Below are positions 25,504 to 36,624 of a stretch of DNA of 64,000 nucleotides, one piece after another. Origin of the DNA: Octopus sinensis. Its lineage: Eukaryota. The position numbers and the translations under genes were made by a program. The first letter of the stretch is position 1; the number at the start of each line of letters is the position of its first letter. A model generated the notes under the pieces. That model saw nothing but the letters and a program-made list of their open reading frames with translations, did no database searches and had not been told where the DNA came from. The stretch covers positions 26,474,001 through 26,538,000 of the forward strand of contig NC_043010.1 of assembly GCF_006345805.1 (NCBI RefSeq), in the 5' to 3' direction.

Positions 25504-26028
25504 TCATGTGTGTATGTACGTGACTATACTTCTCCTCCTCCATTGCTATCCCCTCCCTCCACCAACACCTTCCTATCAATCATACAACTCAACTTAAACA
25601 ATTTAGTTCACCTTTCCCTACAATTTACCCTTTTAACTCAGATACGAAGGGTAGCAGAGGGAGGTAGTGGTAGCATGGTGATAGGGAGGAGTGGGCGGAG
25701 TAGGTGACTACAGTTACTTGCACCACCACCACCACCACCACCACCACTACTGCCACCACTGTGACCCACATTATTAACACTACCCACCACTTCTATTATA
25801 GCATGAACAGATGATGAGCAGAAAGGGAAATGGAGACCTGTACACGGTCGCTGGATTTGCTAGAAATAGCAGCCTATCTTCCTCCAATCACATTTTACTG
25901 ACTTTAAAATAACTATGAAGGATGCATTAGGTAATATAGTTATAAGTACACTGTTTGAATAAAAAAAATGGAATGGTCATTGTTAGAAAGTCTTTGATCA
26001 CGAGTTTGATAATTGTTGACCTGGAATA

Positions 26029-26800
26029 CAGTACCATGCAAAAGTTTTCGACCACTTTAAACTATAGTAAATATCTACTTATTGCCAACTCATAAGTGGA
26101 TGTTGGAGTCATTTCTATATCTAATCACTATATTTTGTAGTAGGGGTTCTGAATGAAGGTGGAAGATGCGAGACAGCTACCAAAAATGGCCATGCAAAAG
26201 TTTTTGGCCACCTCACGTAAACCAATCAAGATACATTGTTTTAAAACAGAAAAATGTTTATAATGAAAATTTATTACATAATGTTCATAATGTTCAAGAA
26301 ATTACTGTACATTGTTAATATTTCATGCGGCTTCCCTTAACTTAAATAATTGCTTCAATGTGCCTGGGAAGAGATGCGTAGAAATCCTTCTCCATCTTCA
26401 CAGGTATGAGATACCATTCTCTGCAGCTGAGCTACCACAATTCTTCAAGATTGCGTGGATTTTTCTGACAAACTCTTCTCTTTAGTTCTGTCCACATTTG
26501 CTCAACGATATTTAAGTCAGCACTCTGAGCTGGCCAATCTTTCAATATAATAACGCCTTCATCAGCCAGACTCTGTTGTGTTGCACACAGTCTGTGGGCT
26601 GGAGCTTCGTCATGCTGAAAAATCTCCCCTTCATCCAAGTCTGGTATCAAATTATCCCTCAGCAACTAGATGTACTCGGCACTATTCAAGTTACCGTCAA
26701 TTTTAACCAACTTTCTTGAACCAAAAGACTTGATGTATTCCCAAAGTATCAGACTCTCACCCTGCAAACTGTTCACTGTTTTTGTCATGTAACATGATTT
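26029..26800 (-). mobile_element. Tc1-like relic with IR/DR terminus and DD35E spacing
   Basis: TA-CAGTACCATGCAAAAGTTTTCGACCAC with inner repeat at 26190-26211; FQHDEAPAH...WPAQSADLNIVEQMW. Confidence 0.85.
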
Positions 26801-26872
26801 GATTTGCTTTCTAATATGCGAGAATTTGTCAGAAAGCCTCTGGGAATAAATAAGTATAATAATGCAGTTCTA

Positions 26873-26953
26873 CAGGCATATGGTGTAGTGGTTAAGAGCA
26901 CGGGCTACTGACCCTGAGTTCGATTCCAAGCAGATACCTGAATAATAATAATA

Positions 26954-26991
<38 letters not shown>

Positions 26992-27158
26992 GTAATAATG
27001 ATAGCATTGAAAAATACTTTAGGAATGAGAACCCAAGTTCGAAATTTCTCCAAGACACATGATGAAGGCTGGAGGTTATATCAGCCGAAATGTTGTATTA
27101 ACAACAAACAAGATGAGGACAAATAGCCGTCAAATATAAATAATGTAAATAATGTAAG

Positions 27159-27160
<2 letters not shown>
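26873..27160 (+). mobile_element. tRNA-headed SINE-like element with internal (TAA)n and a hammerhead in its 3' part
   Basis: A-box TGGTGTAGTGG 26881-91, B-box GAGTTCGATTC 26916-26, (TAA)n, hammerhead motif 27055-27098. Confidence 0.6.
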
Positions 27161-27193
<33 letters not shown>

Positions 27194-27214
27194 TAATAAT
27201 AATAATAATAATAA

Positions 27215-27430
27215 TCCTTTCTACAATAGGCACAAGGCCTGAAATTTGTGAGGAAGGGACTACTTGATTACATCGACCCCAGTGCATAACTAGTACTTAG
27301 CTTATCAACCCCGAAAGGATGAAAGGCAAAGTCGACCTCGGCAGAATTTGAACCCAGAATGTAGTGGCAGGCAAAAGACCACTAAGCATTTTGTCCGGCC
27401 TGCTAACGACTCTGCCAGCTCACTGCCTAA
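27215..27430 (-). mobile_element. SINE family B (central gcctttcatcctttcggggt domain) in a (TAA)n tract
   Basis: Same element at 40778-40992, 41033-41228, 53123-53345, 55158-55384, 57293-57975; partial copies at 27613-27800, 30311-30378, 32030-32220. Confidence 0.85.
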
Positions 27431-27550
27431 ATGTGGTGGTGGTGATGATGATGATGATGGTGGTAGTAATAATAATAATAGTAGTAGTAGTAATAGTAGT
27501 AGTAGTAGCAGCAGCAGTAGTAATAATGATGATGAAGATTAAGATAATAA

Positions 27551-27588
<38 letters not shown>

Positions 27589-28660
27589 ATGATAATAATA
27601 ATAATAGTAATAGTCCTTTCTAATTTTTGGCACAAGGCCAGTAATTTAGTCAATTACATCGTTCCCAATACTTGATTCACGCTTTATTTTATTGACCTCC
27701 CCCTCCAAAAAAGGATGAAAAGAATAGTTAACCTTGGTAGAAATTGAACTCAGAACATAAGAATGCCAAAAGAAATGCCAACCATTATTATTGTAAGAAT
27801 TATCACTAATTTGGAGTTAAACAGCAAAAGACACAAAACAAGCCACTTGCTAGAAATGGTAACCAAATCTTCCTTTCACCCCACTCCCTATTCCAATTAT
27901 GCCCATACTATTAACGCTACCACCACCACCACCACTACCAACCACCACCACCACCACCATCACCGTGCTGCTGCTACTCTCTCTGCTCCCACACACATTA
28001 TCCACTACCACCACCACCACCACTGTATCTACAGTACCACCCTATATTGTATCCCTTCCCCCACCATTACCACCACGACCACCACTACTTCTACAAGAAC
28101 TCCTATGACAGTATCCACCCACCCTCCCACCCAGCTACATTATACCCTTTCCCCCTTCCAACACCACCACCACTGCAACACCCCCCCCCCGCACCAACAT
28201 CATCACCATCTATACTACTGCACCCCCATCACCATTATCAAGACCCCCACCACCATTATGACTTCTACAATTCTATGATATATACCCTTATTATACCCTT
28301 TACACATACACTCACCGCCACCGCCACCACAGCACCTCATCCCCCCCCCCCCCCGGTACTATCCAAGTTAACCTTCACCCCACCAAAACAATCCATCTGC
28401 CACTTCCTTTCTACTTCACCTCTTCCTTCACCCCACCACCACCCCACCCCTACTCTGCTTATCATCTCACCTCTCCCCTCTCCTCTCCATCTACTCTCAC
28501 CACCTCTTATAACAGTTATCTCCTACTTCAAAATTAGGACAGGGATAATCAGTATTTTTCTACAAATCTACCCATGCCCCACCCTCATTAAAACCATAAT
28601 TCCCTCTGTTCAAATATCCACCAACCCACCCACCTATTAAGCCATCACCCCAATCTTTTA
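27430..28660. repeat. Mixed trinucleotide (TAG/GAT/CAC) and C-rich low-complexity region
   Basis: Direct inspection. Confidence 0.8.
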
Positions 28661-29534
28661 CCCACCCCTTCATTAAAATATCTTTTTTTTTATCTATTTA
28701 CCCCCTCACATCTTCAGCCAAAGAGGCAAGTCTCTTCTTGGTCACACAACCTGCTAGAAATAACAGCCATATGTTCCTTAGCTTTCATCACTCTACCTTT
28801 TTACAAAAAAAGAAAAATGGGAGCACAGGGTAATGTAATTTTAGTTATAGATGCAGGCTGTGTGATACGTGTGATAAGAAGTTTGCTTCTCAACCACACG
28901 GTTCCAGGTTCAGTCCCACTGCATGGCACCATATATGTACATACATAATACATACATACATACATGTGTATATATGTATATATATATATATACCACTATA
29001 AAATGGTCAAAACTCCTCACACAGGAACTTAGTTTGATTTGAAAACCCCACTAGAATGGGAGAAAGCGCTAATACATGATCTAAGTTATATGATGTATAA
29101 AAAATGTAATATACAAATAAATATCTGTAAATATAAACCATCCGATTTTCTGAGTACTTCATTTCTTCTAATATATATATATATATATATATGTTAGTTA
29201 GTTAGTTAGTTAGTTAATTTGGCTCAAAAGCAAATAGCAAGGCCATGTATATATATACATACATACATACATATATATGTGTGTATATAGAAATTCTGAA
29301 GCTTAGATTTTTGTAATTGGTGCAAATGTTGATGTGTTGTCTTTTTCTCCTCCTCCTTCTTCTCCTTCATCTCTGCCAAGAATTCACAAAGACCTTGAAC
29401 CCACATGAATAAACAAGAGAGACAGAGACAGGCAGAAACACGGAAAATGCCCCTTGTATTTGAACACTATGCAAATATTCTTTTAAAAAACTTTTCTTTT
29501 AATTTTTCCAAAATTTACTTGTTTTCCATACTTA

Positions 29535-29569
29535 CAGTTGAAAAGTCTCAATGACTGAAACCGGTACTG
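29535..29569 (+). ncRNA. Compact hammerhead-like motif (U3-A8 variant or decayed)
   Basis: CAG-TTGAAAA-GTC-TCAAT-GAC-T-GAAA-CCGG-TA-CTG. Confidence 0.45.
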
Positions 29570-29888
29570 AAATGTTTTTTATGAAAAAGTTATTTTAGCA
29601 TTTTCTACCTTGACTTTTTTTTCCATATATATCAACTCATGTGTTCCTTTTCAACCTTAACCCATGCTAGCATGGAAAGCGGACGCTAAACGATGATATA
29701 TATATAAGTATATATGTATGTATGTATCATCATCATGTGGTTAGATAATAACTTCTCACCTTTTACCTCCTCCCCCTCTTCCTACTGCTCCTCCACCTGC
29801 CCAACCCCTCCACCACCTCCTGTCCCTCTTGTCTCCATTACACAGGATACTCCAATTATCTCTAATTATCTTTACCAACAATCTCCAC

Positions 29889-30310
29889 TTTCACTTGCAT
29901 TGGCTATCACTATCATCATCATCGTCATCATCCTGATCATCGTCATCATCCTCATCATTGTTGTTCTCATCATCATTATCATCGTCATTACCATCATTAT
30001 CATCACCATCATCATCATTAACATCATCATTACATCATCTTTGTCACCACCACCACCACCACCATCATAATAATAATAATAATAATAATATTCACTTGCA
30101 TTGGCTATCACTATCATCATCACTATCATCATCATTGTCATCATCCTGATCATCGTCATCATTGTTGTTCTCATCATTATTATCATCGTCATTACCATCA
30201 TTATCATCACCATCATCATTAACATCATCATTACATCATCTTTGTCACCGCCACCACCACCACCACCACCACCATAATAATAATAACAATAATAATAATA
30301 ATAATAATAA
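29889..30310. repeat. Tandem duplication of a ~200-bp (CAT)n/(CAC)n/(TAA)n unit
   Basis: ttcacttgcattggctatcactatcatc starts at ~29889 and again at ~30091. Confidence 0.85.
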
Positions 30311-30801
30311 TAATCCTTTCTACAATAGGCACAAGGCCTGAAATTTGTGAGGAAGGGACTACTTGATTACATCGACCATCATCATCATCTTCACCATCAT
30401 CATCATCATTATCATCATCATCACCCTTGTCTTTGTCATCATCTTATGATTTCCATCATCAAGCATCACTGTTTTAACTCCCACTTCTCCATGCTTGCAC
30501 AGAATCAGAGGGAACTGAATGAAGCAGGCAGATTTGCTGCAGCTGGATGCTCTTCCTGGCACCAACTCTCACCTGTTTTCAACCAAAATCATATTATTTT
30601 CTCCATGGTCAGACATGTTTTCACAGGAGACTGCAACTGAAAGACACTGTTCATATGAGACAGTGATGCTCAGTTCATCTCTTGCCAGTTGTTCATGTCT
30701 GCTTTCTGTGAGCAGACATGGAGGACAGAACAGAGATGAGCTTTCTTTATTTGAACTCCTTCACACAGCTAAAATTCCTCCGCCTCCGCCTCCTCCTCCT
30801 C

Positions 30802-30832
<31 letters not shown>

Positions 30833-31169
30833 CACCACCATCAACACAACTTCATGTTGTACTATGTCTACTGCCTCCCCCTCTAATATCACCTCCTGCT
30901 ACCTCCACTATTTCTATCACCACAACCACCACCACCACCATCATCATCACCACCGCCACAGCCAACACCACCACCACCACTACTACAAATACCTTGATCA
31001 CTACTACCACCACTATTACTGCCACTATCATCACAACAACAACCACCACCACAACCACCAATACTACCTCCACCATCACCACTACACCAAAGCTCCCATT
31101 TATATTATCCTTATCATTTACTCCCCCTCCCTCCCTCCCTTAATAATAATAATTTCTTACATTTGATAA

Positions 31170-31790
31170 GAATCAGGTAGAAGCACTTGGGCATATTTCT
31201 GTTACCTGGGTGACCTAATCAGCAGTTGGGATTGCAGTGAGCCTTGTGAAATGAACCAAAGCAAAAATAGGGTAGAATTTAAGTTGGCTGAGAGGAGAAT
31301 GCATTACTTGTGTTGACAAGAAAAGGGTTCCACCATTCATGGCGCACGAAGGGCAGATTGTATGACACTTGTGTAGGACATACGTATGAAGTACTAAGTA
31401 TACTGTTGTAAGGTAGAGTGACATGGGCACTGAATGCAGAGGACATGTGATGACTGCCAGTGCTGCCTGACTGGCTCCTGTGTTGGTAGCATGTAAAAAG
31501 CACCATGCAAACGTGGCTAATACCAGCCTCCCCCTGCCCTGACTGGCTCCTGTGCCAGTGGAACAAAAAAACCACCATCAGAATGTGGTTGATGCCAGTG
31601 CTGCCTGACTGGCTCCCATGCTGGTGGCACGTAAAATGCATTTACTACACTCTCGGAGTGGTTGGCATTAGGAAGAGCATCCAGCTGTAGAAACATTGCC
31701 AGATCAAATTGGATGCCAGTCTTCAGTCAAGCCATCCAACCCATGCCAGCATGGAAAATGGACGTTAAACGAAGATGATGGTGATGATAA
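31170..31790 (+). mobile_element. Decayed RTE fragment followed by RTE 3' UTR subrepeats
   Basis: FCYLGDLISS and KGRLYDTCV remnants; ggaagagcatccagc...gttaaacgaagatgat tail. Confidence 0.7.
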
Positions 31791-33083
31791 AAAGGTGGTA
31801 AACTGGCAGAATTGTTGGCACACAGGGCAAAATGCTTAACAGCATGTTATCTGTCTTAATGTTCTGAGCACAAATTCCGAAACTCCTAAACTGGGGCCTC
31901 ACAACTGGATGCAGTTTAATGTCATAATCAGGAGCTGGCTCAGCTCACCCCTGCTCCTTTGTTCATGCCCACAAACATTACACCACCAGGATAGCTTGTT
32001 CACCTCATTATCAGGTTTAGATTTTCGTACAAGAAAGTCCGGGAGAGGGGTCATAGACAATTGCATCAACCCCAATGCTTGACAGGTACTTATTTCATTG
32101 ACCCTGAAAGAATAAAATGCAAAGTTGACATTAAGAGGACTTGCACCCAGAAATTAAGGAGTTAGAAGAAATGCTGCTAAACATTTTGTCTGACATGCAA
32201 ATGATTCTGCAACCTCACTACCTCAAAAATAAAAAATAAAAATCTGATATAAAATGATGCTGGGTATTTGTTTTACATCAAATTTGAATAATGTTTTTCA
32301 ATTTGTGGTACACTGAATGAGGCAATGCTTCTCAAACGTGGCCATCGCCAGTACTGCCTGACTGGCCCTTGTGCTGGTGGCACCACGTAAAAGCACCCAC
32401 TATACTCTGGGAGTGGTTGGCATTAGGAAGTGCATCCAGCTGTAGAAACTCTGCCAGATCAGATTGGAGCCTGGTGCAGCCATCTGGCTCGCCAGTCCTC
32501 AGTCCTAACCATCCCATCCATGCCAGCATGGAAAGCAGACGTTAAACGATGATGATGATGATGATATTCCTTTTATGTTTACTCAAATGTTTTCACTGTC
32601 CCCTTCCTCTCAATTTATTATACATACAAATTATATCAGGCCAGAGTAATTTAGTTTCATGTACTAGTTTGAGGTGAGTATCTACTTACCATAACACCAC
32701 TTTACTATAAGCAGATACTGTAAGCACAGAGTGTATATATTTGGCATAGTTAACATTTCTGGGAAGATATTGCTACACACGCACACACACATCCTGGACC
32801 CCCAATTCTAAATTGCTGACCTTTTGTCTAAATCAGAAATCATTCATGGTAGCAAGATGGCAGAACCGCAAGGATATTGAAAAAATACTTTGTAATATTT
32901 CTTCCAATCTTTAAGATGACACAAGGCTAGTAATTTTACAAGGAGGTGGGGCCTAATCAATTACTTTGACTCCTGTACTTTATTTGTACTTATTTTATCA
33001 GCCCGGAGGGATAAAAGATAAAGTTAATTCTGGTGGAGTTTCAATGGTGAATAATAATAATAATGATGATAATGATAATAATA

Positions 33084-33139
<56 letters not shown>

Positions 33140-33359
33140 TCTTTTCTTTTATTCTTTTACTTGTTTCAATCATTTGACTGCGGCCATGCTGGAGCACCGC
33201 CTTTAGTCGAGCAAATTGACCCCAGAGCTTATTCTTTGTAAACCTAGTACTTATTCTATCAGTCTCTTTTGCTGAACTGCTAGGTTATGGGGACATAAAC
33301 ACACCAGCATCGGTTGTCAAGCGATGTTGCGGGGACAAACACAGACACACAAACATACA

Positions 33360-33435
<76 letters not shown>

Positions 33436-33577
33436 CAATTAAGATTCAAGTGAGTTCTGTTGAATTCACATGAATGCGGTACTTAACTTAGATGCACCAG
33501 AAATCTATATGGTGTTAACCATAAGATAATGCGGGGTGATTATAAATAAGAAAAAAGCAACAAGAATGGATCAATAT

Positions 33578-33664
33578 TTCGGTACAATTGTTTCGTACGA
33601 AGACAGCTTTATTAAGGCTGCAAATATTGCAGTAAATATAAGTGACCCGTACTCATCAGCCGAA
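33578..33664 (-). ncRNA. Canonical type I hammerhead (GUA site)
   Basis: UUCGG-CUGAUGA-GUACG...CGUAC-GAAA-CAAUUG-UA-CCGAA. Confidence 0.85.
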
Positions 33665-34107
33665 AAAACATCTGAGGTCTCCAAACATCTAAGGGGGTGA
33701 TGTTACACTCCTGAAACATCAGGGATAGTTCTATAAAAATAAGATTTAGGTAACAAACAGACTTCTAAAAGTTCTTTTAGTGTTGCACAGTCATATAACG
33801 GGTTTTAAAAAAGTATTTTAAAAAACCTCTTAGTTTCCCAGAAAATGAAAATGTAAATCCATCCATATTGAAGTAAGTTTGATTTCTGGAGATATGGATG
33901 GATTTACATTTTCATTTTCATTTTCATTTTCTGGGAAACTAAGAGGCTTTTTAAAATACTTTTTTAAAACCCGTTATATGACTGTGCAACACTAAAAGAA
34001 CTTTTAGAAGTCCGTTTGTTACCTAAATCTTATTTTTATAGAACTATCCCTGATGTTTCAGGAGTGTAACATCACCCCCTTAGATGTTTGGAGGACTCAG
34101 ATGTTTT

Positions 34108-34194
34108 TTCGGCTGATGAGTACGGGTCACTTATATTTACTGCAATATTTGCAGCCTTAATAAAGCTGTCTTCGTACGAAACAATTGTACCGAA
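34108..34194 (+). ncRNA. Canonical type I hammerhead (GUA site, cleavage after A34189)
   Basis: TTCGG 34108-12, CTGATGA 34113-19, GTACG/CGTAC, GAAA 34178-81, ACAATTGT palindrome, A, CCGAA 34190-94. Confidence 0.85.
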
Positions 34195-34222
34195 CCATTG
34201 ATCCATTCTTGTTGCTTTTTTC

Positions 34223-34277
<55 letters not shown>

Positions 34278-34279
34278 GG

Positions 34280-35790
34280 GAAGCTTTATGAAAATAGACA
34301 AAAGACGAAGGTAGGTTTACGGAAATAAACAAAAGACGAAGGCAGGTGGAATACAAACAAACAATTGTATTAGTATGGCGCTTAAGAAATATAAATAAAA
34401 CAAGTCTTTAACGTTTTGAGCCTACGCTCTTCAACAGAAAGATACAGAGAAGAAACACAGAAAGAAGGAGAGAAAAAAAAATACGTGCAGAGGCTAGCGA
34501 ATCAACATGGCGATCTGATTTCGGCCAGAAGTCAAAGATCAAACGTGAGACGCAAGAGCGAAATTAGGGGAGATAATAGGGTTAAATGACCTCGCTCCAA
34601 CATAAGAGTGTGTGTGTATGAGAAGTGTGTGTGTGTGTATGAGAGAGTATTAGTGCGTATGAGAGGTCTGGACGTGTGTATGTATATATGATGTGATGTG
34701 TAAAGTCGTATGGTGTAGTGTAGAGAGAGGAGATGAGGGGGGAGAGAGGGGAGGGGAGGGTGATGGGGAGAGAAAGAAAGGGGAGAAGAGGAGGGGGAAG
34801 GGGGAGAAGGAAGGAGGGGAGACGAGGGGAGAGGAGGAGGGAGGATAGAGGGAGAGGGCGAGAGAGAGAGAGAAGGGGAGTGAGGGAGCAGAGAGAAAGA
34901 GGGAAGGGGAAGAGGGAAGAAGGAGGGAGGGAGAAAGAGGGAAGAAGGGAAGAGGAGTAGGGGTGAAAAGATGAAGGACTGAAGAGAAGTAGGGGTCGGG
35001 GGGAGGTTAGATGAGGAGGGGAGAGAGGGGTTAGATGAGGGGGGGGGAGAGTTGAGACCAAATGGCATATAAGAGCAAAGAGAGAAGATTAATTCCTGTT
35101 CACGGCGCAAACGGGAATCCGGATGGCCTCTGTGTAAGGACAAACTGAACACAGACAGGTGTTGCAAGGAGTGACCGGTGGAGTGGAAATGGCATGAGAC
35201 CGGTGTGTCGTTCGCAAGGCGGATGTCACGGAGGTGTTCCGCAAACCGGTCAGCCAAGCGGCGTCCCGTTTGTCCGATGTACAGGGAATGGCAGAGAGAG
35301 CAAGAGACGCAATAGATAATATTGCTGGAGGTGCTGGTGAAGGAGTTGATGATGCGATAGGGTCGATGATGGGTGCCAGTGAGGAGGGTGGTGTTGGAGA
35401 GGTAAGGGCAAGTGCGGCAACGTGGGCGGGAGCAGGGGAATGAGCCAGGTTGGGAGGTAGGGTCAGGGAAGGAGCTATGGACTAAAAGGTCTCAAAGGTT
35501 ATGGGCTCGTTTGAAAAAGGGGAGGGGTCGGTTAGGGAAGAGGTGTGAAGTGGATGGGTCGGACTGGAGATGATGGAAAGCTCGAAGAATGGTGCGTTGG
35601 AGAGGTAGGGTCGGGGGTGGTAAGTGAGGGGAAAAGGGAGGCGGGAGACTACAGGGCGGGTTCGGGGAGAGAGAGCAGATACACGGTCCACGGAACGTGC
35701 TCTGGCAAGGGCGGTGTGGATAGTGGTGAGGGGGTATCCACATAGGATGAAGTGGTGAGCCATACGTTGAGACTGATATTTCCCTGAAAC
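34280..35790 (-). mobile_element. 5'-truncated Penelope-like element: RT C-terminus, GIY-YIG C-half, pyrimidine-rich spacer, terminal repeat
   Basis: GYPLTTIHTALARA..RLPFPLTYHP; ADRFAEHLRDIR..PVSCHF..RREQELIFSL..PFGLN; hammerhead-like 34405-34442. Confidence 0.85.
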
Positions 35791-35985
35791 CCCAAAAGCA
35801 AGTGCCCTCTCCAATTCCTTCTCTCCGACCCACAGGCCTACACTTAGAGAAATATCATCCACTCTTGCCGTTTTTGCAACTTTCACCCACCTTTCAATAA
35901 ACTCACTCAAAGACAGCACTTACCTCTCCACTCCCAATTTCCTTTTCAAGTGAAACTTGAAGAAGTCAATGAGAGCTCTAACAAA
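35790..35985 (-). mobile_element. L1/Tx1 C-terminal fragment abutting the Penelope relic
   Basis: FFKFHLKRKLGVER..SEFIERWVKVAK matches 56255-56350 and 63480-63600. Confidence 0.75.
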
Positions 35986-36029
35986 GAGGAATAGTAGTAA
36001 TAATAATAATAATAATGATAATAATAATA

Positions 36030-36588
36030 ATAATGCCCTGATGCAATAAATGCCCTGATGCAGTACCAGGCAGTGGCTCTCATGGCTTCTGATCTTAACT
36101 GATTGGAAGTGTTATCATGTACATTGTTTTGTCTTGGTATAAAAGATGGGCTACAGCAAATATTCTGCTCAATACCACAGATTTGCTTGTCAGTTGTTTG
36201 ACCTTAACCAGTTGAGCATGTCCCTTAGTGGCTGACGATATGTGCATCTCTGATCACGAACAGAAGTAGCCATGTGTTGAGAAGGATTCTTTGGGGTTTG
36301 AATAATTCACCTCTGGAAACATGGGTGTTTCGTTCAACGTCCTTAAACAACCTTATTCAGGGACCTTTTGAGCGGGATGTGTTACTCGATCTGAAGAAAA
36401 TTCTAACTGGGCCCCACCTGCAAGGTCATGTGCTGTTTATCTTGATATGAGATCACCATGTCGCGCACATATGGTTGTGATGCATGTGCCTGGTGTACCC
36501 TTATCAGACGGGTAGTCATGATGGGTATACTGGGCTTTGTATATTTTACCCCAGTGTCATTTTGATGGCATGCTCTGCTCGCTCACTC

Positions 36589-36590
<2 letters not shown>
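36030..36590 (+). mobile_element. Non-coding ~560-bp element embedded in (AAT)n
   Basis: Complex sequence bounded on both sides by (AAT)n, ending gctcactcaataataat; no recognisable ORF. Confidence 0.45.

Positions 36591-36623
<33 letters not shown>

Positions 36624-36624
<1 letters not shown>

Larger units (their letters stand above)
33541..34231. mobile_element. 690-bp fold-back element (arms ~330 bp, 23-nt spacer) between (TA)n tracts, with two intact hammerheads
   Basis: Arms 33541-33868 and 33892-34231 differ by a few substitutions and a 12-nt duplication. Confidence 0.9.

Noticed and set aside
31279-31430. Minus-strand exon candidate encoding YNLPFVRHEWWNPF
   Set aside because: The plus strand is a decayed RTE fragment (FCYLGDLISS, KGRLYDTCV), so this is antisense TE sequence.
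34532-35257. 241-aa ORF as a host gene
   Set aside because: It is the Penelope GIY-YIG C-terminus running into a pyrimidine-rich low-complexity tract.
36228-36275. CUGACGA motif in the 560-bp element
   Set aside because: No properly placed GAAA or stem III.
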